A stretch of 61,576 nt of DNA, counting the filler, from Deltaproteobacteria bacterium (GTDB taxonomy: Bacteria > JAUYMQ01): NCBI GenBank assembly GCA_030698575.1. It is 8 parts of 8 records of this genome, joined end to end, with 100 filler letters (N's around TTAATTAATTAA, not from the genome) between each part and the next. Parts side by side here need not be neighbours in the genome. Positions count along the whole stretch, not along the records: positions 8,855 to 12,106 come from JAUYMQ010000613.1; positions 12,207 to 41,995 come from JAUYMQ010000622.1; 6 more parts are not named here. One strand, 5' to 3'. Numbering within the stretch: position 1 is the first letter of the stretch; every line of letters begins with the position of its first letter. Under the pieces are notes generated by a model. That model was not told where the DNA came from. It worked only from the letters and a program-made list of their open reading frames with translations, and made no database searches. Position numbers and translations under genes: made by a program. This document shows, piece after piece, positions 10,721 to 20,253 of the stretch.

Positions 10721-11932
10721 ATGAGCAAGAAGAACGAATCGACCGAGAAGCAGCAGCTGCGCGAGGCGGCCCGCGCGTGGATCGCGAAGAACAAGCCGGC
10801 CGACCCCGGCTTCAAGCTGCCGCAAACCTTCCTCGAGGTCGAGTCGGAGCAGCAGTTCGTGTACCTCCGCGACTGGCAGCGCAAGGTGTACGAGGGCGGC
10901 TACCTCGGCGTCGAGTGGCCCGAAGCCTACGGCGGGCGCGGGCTCCCGACCGGTTCGCAGCGCGTTGTCGAGCAGGAAATGGCCCGCGCGGGAACGCCCT
11001 TCATGGTCAACTACATCGGGCTCGCCTGGGTCGGCCCGACGATCATGATGACGGGGAGCGATGTGCAGAAGGAGCGCTACCTGAAGAAGATTTTGAGCGG
11101 CGAGGATATCTGGTGCCAGGGTTTCAGCGAGCCCGGCTCGGGCTCCGATCTCGCCAGCCTTTCCACGAGCGCCGTCAGGAAGGGCGACACCTACGTCGTC
11201 AACGGCCACAAGGTCTGGACCACCACCGCGCAGTGGTCCGACTGGATGATCCTCCTCGCGCGCACCGACCCGAAAGCCCGCAAGTACGACGGCATCAGCT
11301 ACTTCCTCTTTCCCATGAAGTCCAAGGGCGTCGAGATTCGCCCGCTCATCAAGATGACGGGCGAGGGCGGCTTCAACCAGGTGCTCTTCGACAACGTCGA
11401 GATTCCAGCCTCCTGCCTCCTCGGCGTGGAAGGGCAGGGGTGGCAGCTCGCCATCCAGACGCTGCTCTTCGAGCGTGGCGCGCAGGAGGGGAGTGCAGGC
11501 GGCTCGACGGCCATGGGCGAGCCGGTCAAGAAGCTCGTCGATCTGGCTCGCGCATCACGGCGCGGCGGCGCCCCGGCGATCGATGATCCCTGGGTGCGCG
11601 ATCGCATCGCACAGTTCGCCATCGAGGAAGCCGCGCTCACGGCCTGCGGACGCCGCTACAAGATCGCGGGCCTGGTCGAAGACCGGCCCACGGCCATCCC
11701 CTTCATGGGGAAGCTTGTGGGGAGCGAGTTCTTGCAGCGCCTCACGGCCTTCGCGAACGAGATCCAGGGCCCCGCGGCGCAGTACTGGTACGGCTCCGAC
11801 CGCGCCATCGAGAACGGCTTCTGGCAGCGCGCCTACATGAACACTTTCGGCTTCACCATTGGCGGCGGCACGAGCGAGATCCAGCGCAACATCATCGGCG
11901 AGCGCATACTCGGCCTGGCAAAGTCCAAATAA
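10721..11932 (+). CDS. Acyl-CoA dehydrogenase (FadE-type)
   Basis: WCQGFSEPGSGSDLASL, NGHKVWTT, TIGGGTSEIQRNIIGER. Start at ATG 10721 after AGGAG. Confidence 0.95.
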   Translation: MSKKNESTEKQQLREAARAWIAKNKPADPGFKLPQTFLEVESEQQFVYLRDWQRKVYEGGYLGVEWPEAYGGRGLPTGSQRVVEQEMARAGTPFMVNYIGLAWVGPTIMMTGSDVQKERYLKKILSGEDIWCQGFSEPGSGSDLASLSTSAVRKGDTYVVNGHKVWTTTAQWSDWMILLARTDPKARKYDGISYFLFPMKSKGVEIRPLIKMTGEGGFNQVLFDNVEIPASCLLGVEGQGWQLAIQTLLFERGAQEGSAGGSTAMGEPVKKLVDLARASRRGGAPAIDDPWVRDRIAQFAIEEAALTACGRRYKIAGLVEDRPTAIPFMGKLVGSEFLQRLTAFANEIQGPAAQYWYGSDRAIENGFWQRAYMNTFGFTIGGGTSEIQRNIIGERILGLAKSK

Positions 11933-11975
11933 GTGGGACAGTCCCTCTTAATTAAGAGGGACTGTCCCACTTATT
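11928..11975. repeat. Perfect 48-bp palindrome (REP-doublet-like)
   Basis: AATAAGTGGGACAGTCCCTCTTAA|TTAAGAGGGACTGTCCCACTTATT equals its own reverse complement. Confidence 0.95.
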
Positions 11976-11990
11976 GAACGGAGAAAGTGA

Positions 11991-12106
11991 ATGATTCCGG
12001 ACGAGTTCGGATACGGCGAAGACCAGGCGATTCTTCGGCAGGGGGCACGCAAGTACCTCGAAGCCGAGTGCAATCTCGAGAAGGTTCGCAAGATCATGGA
12101 GAGCGA
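11991..12106 (+). CDS. Acyl-CoA dehydrogenase, N-terminal fragment (contig end)
   Basis: MIPDEFGYGEDQAILRQGARKYLEAECNLEKVRKIMES resembles the N-terminus of the 58984-60138 protein. Confidence 0.75.
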
Positions 12107-12206
12107 NNNNNNNNNNNNNNNNNNNNNNNNNNNNNNNNNNNNNNNNNNNNTTAATTAATTAANNNNNNNNNNNNNNNNNNNNNNNNNNNNNNNNNNNNNN
12201 NNNNNN

Positions 12207-12373
12207 CCGGCATGGACCTGCCCGGCGAGAATGAGCGCGCGCGCCTTCTCACGACTCTCGGCGAGCCCCCGCTCGACCAGCAGGAGGTCGGCCCGCGCCT
12301 TCCCTGCCTGGGCCTTGCCTCCACTTGGGCCGCCGGTGGATCCGGAAGGCGCGCGCCCGGAGCCCGGGCTCAA
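12207..12373 (-). CDS. tlyA: TlyA-family rRNA methyltransferase, N-terminal S4 fragment
   Basis: RADLLLVERGLAESREKARALILAGQV, in the usual position downstream of dxs. Confidence 0.85.
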
Positions 12374-14307
12374 GGAAGGCGATCCGCCGTGTCGCCCTGC
12401 GCCCGCTCGTCCGGGACCCTGGAGCCGCTGATCATCCCGCGCACGGTTTCCGCAATCTGGGCGGGGCGCAGGCCGAATCGCTCGTGGAAATGCGGCGTGG
12501 GTCCGTGGTCGATGAACGCGTCGCCGATGCCGAGCACCTTCGTCTCGACGCCCTCGACGCCACGCTCGCTCAGGGCTTCGAGCACCGCGCTGCCAAACCC
12601 GCCCATCCGCGAGTGCTCCTCCAGCGTGACGATCCGGCGCGTGCGTCGCGCCAGCGCCGTGATCAGCCCCGCGTCCAGAGGCTTGGCGAAGCGGGCATTC
12701 ACCACGGCCGCCGATATTCCCTCCGCCTCGAGAATCGACGCGGCTTCGAGCGCGGGCTGGACCATGACGCCGTAGGCGACAAGCGCCGCGTCGGCGCCGT
12801 CCCGGAGCAACTCCGCCTTGCCAATTTCGAGCGCCCGAAGATTTTCGTCGAGCGCCGCCCCCGGGCCGGCGCCCCGCGGGAAGCGGACGGCGGCGGGATG
12901 GCCGCAGTCCACGGCCGTCTTCAGCATGTGCTGGAGCTCGTTTTCGTCCTTCGGCGCCATCAATACGATGTGGGGGAGCGTCCGCAGATAGGCGATGTCG
13001 AACAGTCCCTGGTGCGTTGCGCCGTCCGCGCCCACCAGGCCTGCGCGATCAATTGCGAAGGTGACCGGCAGGTCCTGAATGCAGACGTCGTGCACGATCT
13101 GATCGTAGGCCCGTTGGAGGAACGTGGAATAGATGGCCGCCACCGGCCTGAACCCTTCGGTGGCCAGGCCTGCGCTGAAGGTCACGGCGTGCTGCTCCGC
13201 AATGCCCACGTCGTAGTAGCGGCCAGGAAATTCTTCGGCAAAACGGTCAAGCCCCGTCCCGGAGGGCATCGCCGCCGTGATACCGACGAGGCGCGGATCG
13301 GTGCGCCCGAGCTTGATCATCGCCCGAGAGAACACCTCGGTGTAGCCGGGAGCGGCGGGCTTGGGCGCGGTGCTTCGCCCGGAGCCGATATCGAAGGCCG
13401 AAACACCGTGGTAGGCCCGGGGATCCTCCTCGGCGGGCGGATACCCCTTTCCTTTCTGCGTGAGCACGTGCACGAGGATCGGCCCCTGCATCCGCTTCAG
13501 GTTCTCGAAGGTTTCGACAAGCGGCTCCACCTCGTGCCCCGGGAGCGGGCCCACGTACTTGAACCCGAGCGCTTCGAAAAGCATTCCCGGCGAAAACAAC
13601 GCCTTCACCGAATCCTCCATGCGCCTGGCCCAGTGGAGGAGATCGTCGCCGATGGCCGGCACGCCGCGCAGGAATTGCTTCCCCTCCTCCTTGAAGCGGC
13701 GGAAGGAGGCGCTGGTGAGCTTGCGGCTCATGAATGAATTGAGCGCGCCCACGTTTTCCGAAATGCTCATCCGGTTGTCGTTGAGAACGACAATGAGGTT
13801 CTTCCCGAGCAGGCCGGCCTGGTTGAGCCCCTCAAAGGTGATCCCGGCGGTCAGCGCGGCGTCGCCCAGGATGGCGATCACACGCTCCTCACCCTCCCGG
13901 AGGCGGATGCCTTCGGAGGCGCCCAGCGCAGCCGAGACCGCGGTGCCGGCGTGACCGGCGCCGAAGACATCGTAGACGCTCTCTTCCCGCCGGAGAAACC
14001 CGGAGAGTCCGCCATGCTGGCGAAGGGTGGAGAGCTGCTCGCGGCGGCCGGTGAAGAGCTTGTGGACGTACGCCTGGTGCCCGGTGTCCCAGACAATGCG
14101 ATCGCGCGGGGCGTCGAAGACACGGTGAACAGCGATGGTCAGCTCGACCGCCCCCAGGCTGGAGGCCAGATGCCCGCCGGTGCGGGAGACGCACTCGAGC
14201 AGGCGCTGCCGGACCTCCCGGGCGAGCACCGGCAGCGCGTCCTCCGGGACCTCGCGGAGGTCCCGCGGAGAATCGATCCGATCGAGCCAACGTGTGGGCT
14301 GGGTCAT
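12370..14307 (-). CDS. dxs: 1-deoxy-D-xylulose-5-phosphate synthase
   Basis: GGHLASSLG, WDTGHQAY, LNDNRMSI, GIAEQHAV, YSTFLQRAYDQ, DRAGLVGADGATHQG. Confidence 0.98.
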   Translation of the reverse strand: MTQPTRWLDRIDSPRDLREVPEDALPVLAREVRQRLLECVSRTGGHLASSLGAVELTIAVHRVFDAPRDRIVWDTGHQAYVHKLFTGRREQLSTLRQHGGLSGFLRREESVYDVFGAGHAGTAVSAALGASEGIRLREGEERVIAILGDAALTAGITFEGLNQAGLLGKNLIVVLNDNRMSISENVGALNSFMSRKLTSASFRRFKEEGKQFLRGVPAIGDDLLHWARRMEDSVKALFSPGMLFEALGFKYVGPLPGHEVEPLVETFENLKRMQGPILVHVLTQKGKGYPPAEEDPRAYHGVSAFDIGSGRSTAPKPAAPGYTEVFSRAMIKLGRTDPRLVGITAAMPSGTGLDRFAEEFPGRYYDVGIAEQHAVTFSAGLATEGFRPVAAIYSTFLQRAYDQIVHDVCIQDLPVTFAIDRAGLVGADGATHQGLFDIAYLRTLPHIVLMAPKDENELQHMLKTAVDCGHPAAVRFPRGAGPGAALDENLRALEIGKAELLRDGADAALVAYGVMVQPALEAASILEAEGISAAVVNARFAKPLDAGLITALARRTRRIVTLEEHSRMGGFGSAVLEALSERGVEGVETKVLGIGDAFIDHGPTPHFHERFGLRPAQIAETVRGMISGSRVPDERAQGDTADRLP

Positions 14308-15276
14308 CTAACGATCCCTGTCATGAAGGAATAGTGCGAGAGCGCGGAGCGGATCCGCGCGCTCGTCGAAGGCCGCCAGGTGATCGATCGCCATGCCGGT
14401 GAGCTCCCCGGCCCGGGACCTCGATTCGGAGATTCCTAGCACGGCCGGATAGGTGGCTTTTCCGCGCACCCGATCGCCGCCGGTGTTCTTTCCGAGCGTC
14501 TCCCGATCGCCAATCACGTCGAGCAGATCGTCGGTGATCTGGAACACGAGCCCGATGCACTCCCCGTAGCGGGCGAGCGCCCGGAGGCTCTGCTGCTCGG
14601 CCCCGCAAAGCCTTGCACCCGCGGTGACGCTTGTCACGATGAGTCCGCCGGTCTTGTTCACATGGATGTATTCGAGCAGTGGCAGATCAACCTGCTTTCC
14701 CTCACTCTCGAGATCCACGACCTGCCCTCCCACCAGGCAGGTCGATCCCGCAGTCCGCGCGATCTGCCCCGCCACGTCGAGAAGCCGCTCGGGAGGGACG
14801 GATGGGAACTCCTTCGGGTTGCTGAGCAGCTCGAAAGCCTTCGTCAGCAGCGCGTCTCCGGCCAGAAGGGCCACCGCCTCGCCGAAAACCTTGTGGCAGG
14901 TGAGCCGTCCACGGCGATAGTCGTCGTTGTCGAGGGCGGGGAGATCGTCGTGAATGAGCGTGTAGGTATGAATGAGCTCGAGGGCCGCCGCCAGTCCCAG
15001 CACCTGATCGGACTTCCCGCCGACAGCCTCTGCCCCGGCGATGACCAGCACGGGGCGGATGCGCTTACCCCCGGAAAAAAGGCTGTAGCGCATGGCGCGG
15101 TGAAGGGTCTCGGGGGTTCGGCTCTCTTCCGGCAGGCAGCCGTCCAGGTAGGCGTTCACCCGGGCCAGTCGCTCGTCAAGGTAGCTTTTCAGCGCGCTCG
15201 GGCCGAAGCCCGCGGGCATCTTGTGACGTGCGGTCACGGTCTTCCCCTGGAGTTCCTCACTCCCCCTCTTCCGCAC
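14308..15276 (-). CDS. ispA: Farnesyl diphosphate synthase / geranyltranstransferase
   Basis: GGKRIRP, LIHDDLPALDNDDYRRG, FQITDDLLD. Start uncertain. Confidence 0.95.
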   Translation of the reverse strand: MRKRGSEELQGKTVTARHKMPAGFGPSALKSYLDERLARVNAYLDGCLPEESRTPETLHRAMRYSLFSGGKRIRPVLVIAGAEAVGGKSDQVLGLAAALELIHTYTLIHDDLPALDNDDYRRGRLTCHKVFGEAVALLAGDALLTKAFELLSNPKEFPSVPPERLLDVAGQIARTAGSTCLVGGQVVDLESEGKQVDLPLLEYIHVNKTGGLIVTSVTAGARLCGAEQQSLRALARYGECIGLVFQITDDLLDVIGDRETLGKNTGGDRVRGKATYPAVLGISESRSRAGELTGMAIDHLAAFDERADPLRALALFLHDRDR

Positions 15277-15544
15277 CCTCCTCGAACGGGCGGGCCGTGA
15301 CCTTCCCCTCGGTGTCGCGAGAGAGAATCTCGATCTTCCGTTCGGCCTCGTCGAGCTTCTTCGTGCAGAGCCGAGCCAGTCGAACGCCTTCCTCGTAGAG
15401 CTTCAGGGCGTCTTCCAGCGCGATCTCTCCGTCCTCGAGCGACTCGACGGTTTCCTCGAGCTTCTTCAGCGCCTCTTCGAAGGGGATCTTCGGAGCAGAT
15501 TGGCCTTTCGAGGGAGCAGGCGTGCGAGTCGGTGTGCGAGTCAT
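15257..15544 (-). CDS. xseB: Exodeoxyribonuclease VII small subunit
   Basis: FEEALKKLEETVESLEDGEIALEDALKLYEEG; lies between xseA and ispA. Confidence 0.95.
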   Translation of the reverse strand: MTRTPTRTPAPSKGQSAPKIPFEEALKKLEETVESLEDGEIALEDALKLYEEGVRLARLCTKKLDEAERKIEILSRDTEGKVTARPFEEGAEEGE

Positions 15545-15620
15545 GGACGAGCCCCGGGTACTCGGTGGCGGGAGTTTCGAGTATACCGGCGGGCCCCGGG
15601 GCGTCAAGGAGGCGGAAGCG

Positions 15621-16928
15621 CTACCCCTGCTCCTTGCCGCCTGAAGCGCCGCGCCGTCCGCCGGTGGGCTGGACTTCCGCCTCGAGTGCGCCGCCCGAGA
15701 GGCGGATCTCGACGCGGCTCCCCGGCGGCGCTTCGGCGGGGGAACGCACAACCGTGTAGGCCGGGAGGGCCCGCGTGATGCTGTAGCCCCGGTCGAGGAT
15801 GGCGAGCGGAGAGAGGCTCTGCAGCTTGCCTGCAGTGCCCTGAAGCCTTGCCCGGGCCAGGTGAACGTGATGGCGCGCGCTCGCCTCGAGGCGCGCCATC
15901 GCCGACGCGCCCGCCAGGGCGGCCCGCCGGTCCGACAGGAGCCGCCGGCCCGTGCGCGCGAGCCGCTCCCGCATCTCGTCGATGCGCTGCGCAGTCTGCT
16001 CGATCCGCCTGCGCGGATGAAGCAGGCGGCGTCCCGTTTCGGCGAGCCGTCGCCTGAGATCCCCGAGGCGGGATGAGGCGGCAGCGGCCAGCCGGAGATC
16101 GAGCGCGGTCACGTTTTCGACCAGAGTCGACTTCTCGCGTACAATCATCTCGGCGGCCGCCGAAGGCGTCGGACACCGGAGATCGGCCGCCAGATCGGCC
16201 AGCGTGTAATCGATCTCGTGCCCCACGGCTGAAACAACCGGCACGGGCGAGCGAACGATCGCGCGCACGACGCGCTCGTCGTTGAAGGCGGTCAGATCCT
16301 CGGCCGAGCCGCCGCCCCGGGTGAGGAGAATGAGGTCGACCCCCGGAGCCTTCTCCAGAAGCTCGATGGCCGAGACGATCTCGGCCGGCGCATCGACGCC
16401 CTGCACCTTGCAGGGGCTCAAGAGAACGTGGAGGTTCTCGTAGCGCCTGCCAAGCACGCGAAGCACGTCATGAATGGCCGCGCCTGTGGGCGAGGTGGCG
16501 ACGCCAATGCGCCGTGGAAGGAAGGGGAGCGGGCGCTTGCGCGCCTCATCGAAGAGACCCTCGGCCTTCAGGCGCTCGTGGAGCTGGCGCAGCGCGGAGG
16601 CGGCGGCGCCCGCCCCCGCCTCCTCCATCCAGTCGCCGACGATCTGGTACTCCCCCCGCGCCTCGTAAAGTGTGACCCGCCCTCGGAGCAGGACCTGCAT
16701 CCCGTTCCCGGGCGCGAAGCCGAGCGCGCCGAGCGTGTTCCGGAAGAGCGCTATGCGGACCTGACTGTGATCGTCCTTCAGCGTCCCGTACCCGTGCCCC
16801 GACGCGACCACGCGGAAGTTCGAGAGTTCCCCCTGGACGTACACGCTCCCGATCTGCTGCTCGAGCAGCCGCTTCACGCGCGCGGTGAGATCGCTCACGC
16901 TGAGCACGTCGCGGCGAGATTCACCCAT
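15621..16928 (-). CDS. xseA: Exodeoxyribonuclease VII large subunit
   Basis: SVSDLT, GELSNF, TSPTGAAIHD, RGGGSAEDL, SAVGHEID, TPSAAAE. Confidence 0.97.
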   Translation of the reverse strand: MGESRRDVLSVSDLTARVKRLLEQQIGSVYVQGELSNFRVVASGHGYGTLKDDHSQVRIALFRNTLGALGFAPGNGMQVLLRGRVTLYEARGEYQIVGDWMEEAGAGAAASALRQLHERLKAEGLFDEARKRPLPFLPRRIGVATSPTGAAIHDVLRVLGRRYENLHVLLSPCKVQGVDAPAEIVSAIELLEKAPGVDLILLTRGGGSAEDLTAFNDERVVRAIVRSPVPVVSAVGHEIDYTLADLAADLRCPTPSAAAEMIVREKSTLVENVTALDLRLAAAASSRLGDLRRRLAETGRRLLHPRRRIEQTAQRIDEMRERLARTGRRLLSDRRAALAGASAMARLEASARHHVHLARARLQGTAGKLQSLSPLAILDRGYSITRALPAYTVVRSPAEAPPGSRVEIRLSGGALEAEVQPTGGRRGASGGKEQG

Positions 16929-17064
16929 GGTGTTCTTGATCACGACGGTTCCCCGCGCCGGGCGGATGATTGCGCAGCCGCCCGGACCTCGCACCGCAGC
17001 CGGAGCCCCGCCCGCGGAGCGCCGCGAGCCGGAAGCCACAGCCTGCCCCCGGATTAAAGTTGCG

Positions 17065-19596
17065 TCAAGAAGAGCGCCTGGATGCGCGTGCCCGGACCGG
17101 AGGGAGCGCGCCGGGCAGTTCCAGAACGAGGCGGGTTCCCTGCCCCGGATCGGATTCGACGCGAATGCTGCCGCCGTGATGCGCCAGCGCGTCCGCGACG
17201 ATCGAGAGGCCCAGGCCGAGCGCCCCGGAGCCGCGCGGCTTGGTGGTGAAGAAGGGGTGAAAGAGGCGTTCCTGGAGCCCGACCGGGATGCCGCAGCCGT
17301 CGTCCGTGATGACGACCTGCACGCGGGGCGCGCCGGTCATCCAGGCGATCTTTCCCGCAGCCTGCCCCGACGGCGCAACACTCTCGCCATGCCCGTCCTC
17401 GGCGTCGGCCACGGTGACGACGCGGCCCTCGACGCCCCGCGCCTCGATCGAAATGGTTCCGCGTCTCGCCACGGCTTCGTCGGCGTTGAGAAGAATCGCC
17501 AGGAGCGCTGCGTGCAGCGCCTCGCTTGGCCAGGCCACCGCCGGCGTCTCGGTGATCTTGCGCTCGACCTTGATCCTCCCGCGCCAGCCATCCTCGAGCA
17601 CGGCCAGGACCGCTTCCAACACTCCGGGAAGATCGCAGGGCATGGCCGGGTCCCGCCTCGTGATGGCCGCGATGGCGCCCAGGCCGAGGCGCGCGCGATG
17701 AACATCGGCGGCGCCGCGCCGGCTCTTCGCCGCCCGCTTGCGATCCGCCTCGGCCAGCGCGCCTTCCACCGGATTCACCATGCGCTCCGCCAGGCGCCCC
17801 GCGAGAAGAACCTTGGCGGACGCGGCCAGACGAGCGCGCACCTCTCTGGCTTCGTCCTCCCGCACCTTCAGCTCGGCGTAGGCCGTCATTACATGACGCG
17901 TGGATTCCTCGAGATCCTCCATGGCCTGCGAACCGTCCGCCTCGGCCTGTCCCGTCTGCGCACGGGCCGCGTCCAGGCGCGCCTCCAGCCGTGTGATCGT
18001 CCGACGCGCGCCTTCCAGCGCGGTGGCGCGGGAGAGCGCCGGGGCCAGCGCGGTGGCGGCAGACGAGGCGACGGCAATCTCGTCCTCGGTGAAGAATCCG
18101 CCGCGAACCTGGCCGCCCAGTACCAGCACGCCCTGAAGCCCCTCACCGTCGCGGCAAGGGAGGAGCGCCGCGGCGCGGACTTCGTCCAGATCCTTCAGCC
18201 AGGCGCCGCGCGCATGAGAATAGCGGGGGGCCGAGAGCACGTCGTAGCGGGTGAGCGGAGACGTCGCGGCACGCAGGTGCACGGCAAGGGAGTGCTCGAG
18301 CCCGAGATCGCGCGGGGAAGACGGGTCGTCCTCCGGCGCAATCTCACGCAAGCTTCCCGTCTCCGGGTCTGCGGCCAGAACCGCCACGGTCACTCCGGGA
18401 AAGGCTTCTCCGCAAACGGCGCGCGCCGATCCGGCGATCTCTTCCAGCGTCCGGCCCTGCGCCAGCCTGTCTTCCAGCGTGGCGAGAGCCCGGGTCCGCC
18501 TGCGCCAGGAGCGGTGGAAGATCTGTTCGAACAGGTCGCCAAGGCGGGCCGCAGCGGCCGGAGCCGCAAGGATCATGCAGGCAGTCAGCGCGATGCCCGC
18601 TGCTCCGCCCACCCGCAGGGCGGACCAGCCGAGCAGAAGGGCGAGCGGGACAGTCAGGACGAGGGCGAACGCCCAGCGCAGGAAGCGGTCGACCCAGAGG
18701 AGGTTCTCACGAAGGGCCGCCGTGACCAGCGCCGCGGGCGCGACCGCCAGACCGAGCAGCGCTATCCCGGCCGCAGCGTTCTCACCCTGCGCGCGCAGGA
18801 AGGCCGCCGCGATCAGCGAAAGGAGGGCTGCGGAATGGCCCGCCGCGACGAGCTTCCCCCTCTGCCGCACGTCGATCGGTCTTCCTTCCCGAAGGCAGGC
18901 AAGCGAGAGGACCGCGCCGGCTCCGAGCGCGAGAGCCGCCAGTGCGCAGGCGATCAAGGCGTCGCGAAGCGGAAGCGACGCCCGGGGGACCAGCAAGGGA
19001 AGGACCGCGAACAGTACCCCGGGCAGCCCGAACAGAAGCAGGCTCCGTTCCAACACCCTCCGGTGAGCAGCTTCCCCATGCAGCGTGATCCGGGTCGCCT
19101 CGATGAGAGCCGAAGGCGCAAGGAACGCGGCCAGCAACCAGAAGCGCCCGGGTTCGCCCCCCGCCCAGCCTCTCGCCAGCGTCAGGGCGGCCAGTCCGCC
19201 GAGGGCGCCGAGCAGGAGATGCGCGCGACCACTGGCGCGCCCCCGCCACTCGCGCCATGCCGCCCCGTCGGCCAGCAGAAACACCGGAGCGAGCAGCGCG
19301 GGCGGAGCCGCCAAAGTGATGGAAGCGGAAGCGTTCCGGAGATCGAGAACAAGGAGAACGAGCGACGAAAGGAAGGCCAGCAGCAGCGCCCTGGAAAGGA
19401 GATCCTCGCGCAGGCTGCTGCCCCGCCGGCTCAACAAGGGGCCCGCGAGATCGCGGATAACGCGACCCGCATCGGACGCGACCTCGCCGGCGGCGGCCAG
19501 TCGATCTTTTCCGTCCAGTCGTGCCAAGTTGCCGGCTCCCCCGCTGGCCGTCCCGCGCTGCGCGGCTGTTCCGTCAGAGGTCGATCGGCTGCGCAA
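17065..19596 (-). CDS. Membrane sensor kinase-like protein (multi-TM, GAF, HATPase) with a degenerate H-box
   Basis: Many TM segments, a GAF-like region, DDGCGIP, LFHPFFTTK, GLGLSIV, HGGSIRVESDPGQGT. Start uncertain. Confidence 0.8.
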   Translation of the reverse strand: MRSRSTSDGTAAQRGTASGGAGNLARLDGKDRLAAAGEVASDAGRVIRDLAGPLLSRRGSSLREDLLSRALLLAFLSSLVLLVLDLRNASASITLAAPPALLAPVFLLADGAAWREWRGRASGRAHLLLGALGGLAALTLARGWAGGEPGRFWLLAAFLAPSALIEATRITLHGEAAHRRVLERSLLLFGLPGVLFAVLPLLVPRASLPLRDALIACALAALALGAGAVLSLACLREGRPIDVRQRGKLVAAGHSAALLSLIAAAFLRAQGENAAAGIALLGLAVAPAALVTAALRENLLWVDRFLRWAFALVLTVPLALLLGWSALRVGGAAGIALTACMILAAPAAAARLGDLFEQIFHRSWRRRTRALATLEDRLAQGRTLEEIAGSARAVCGEAFPGVTVAVLAADPETGSLREIAPEDDPSSPRDLGLEHSLAVHLRAATSPLTRYDVLSAPRYSHARGAWLKDLDEVRAAALLPCRDGEGLQGVLVLGGQVRGGFFTEDEIAVASSAATALAPALSRATALEGARRTITRLEARLDAARAQTGQAEADGSQAMEDLEESTRHVMTAYAELKVREDEAREVRARLAASAKVLLAGRLAERMVNPVEGALAEADRKRAAKSRRGAADVHRARLGLGAIAAITRRDPAMPCDLPGVLEAVLAVLEDGWRGRIKVERKITETPAVAWPSEALHAALLAILLNADEAVARRGTISIEARGVEGRVVTVADAEDGHGESVAPSGQAAGKIAWMTGAPRVQVVITDDGCGIPVGLQERLFHPFFTTKPRGSGALGLGLSIVADALAHHGGSIRVESDPGQGTRLVLELPGALPPVRARASRRSS

Positions 19597-19740
19597 CGCG
19601 CTCGGCGACGGGTTTCATCAGGCGGGCATTCGCGACGTGAACCGGGTTTCCGGACGGGCGCCGCAACGAGAGGGGGGAATGGTGCTGCAGGAAGGCTCCA
19701 CCCTTCTATAGGAAGTCGGCGGGCCGCGCAACGGAAAAGG

Positions 19741-20253
19741 CTACCCCCGTGCCCGAACTTCGCGCGGGGCGAGAACCTCCATCAGAACGTAGGCCAGCGC
19801 CAGAACGATGAGCGCGCCCAGCGCCCAGACCGATAGGAGGTGTAGCCGGCCGAAGGCCTCCGTGAGGGTGTCGCGTGCGGCCCCGTCGGCGGCGTCCATT
19901 GCCTTCCGCGCGGCGCTTATGCGGGGCGCGAGCAGGAAAGCGTTGCACGCCGCCACGGCAAGGGCCAGGCCCAGGGGCGCAAGCATCGCCAGGCGCCGAG
20001 CGGAGCGCGCCGCCTGGCGCAGGACCAGCGCCAGGGCGGCGGCGGGGCAAACGAGGCTCACGGTGTAAATGAAGGGAAAGATGCGCTGCATGATTCGCCC
20101 GCCCGTCTCCTGGCCGACCACGCTGAAGACCGCGACCGCCACCGAGCAGGCGAGCGTCAGCATGACCCCCAGCCAGAAAGCGACGATCACCAGGGCGAGA
20201 CGGCGGGGCTTAGTCAAGGATCTTCCCGGGGTTGAGGATGTGGTGCGGGTCAA
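19741..20253 (-). CDS. DUF4149/TMEM205-like membrane protein
   Basis: Four TM helices; 'FWLG', 'GRIMQRIFP', 'FGRLHLLS'. Confidence 0.7.
   Translation of the reverse strand: MTRTTSSTPGRSLTKPRRLALVIVAFWLGVMLTLACSVAVAVFSVVGQETGGRIMQRIFPFIYTVSLVCPAAALALVLRQAARSARRLAMLAPLGLALAVAACNAFLLAPRISAARKAMDAADGAARDTLTEAFGRLHLLSVWALGALIVLALAYVLMEVLAPREVRARG

Noticed and set aside
12207-16928. xseA-xseB-ispA-dxs-tlyA and murI-ftsEX-envC-ctpA clusters as novel systems
   Set aside because: Widely conserved housekeeping gene orders.
16885-19836. 983-aa plus-strand ORF and other long antisense ORFs (1668-2876, 6744-8690, 28285-29895, 46030-47865, 54873-56828, 59915-61249)
   Set aside because: Shadow ORFs of high-GC genes on the opposite strand; Arg/Gly/Pro-rich with no recognisable motifs.
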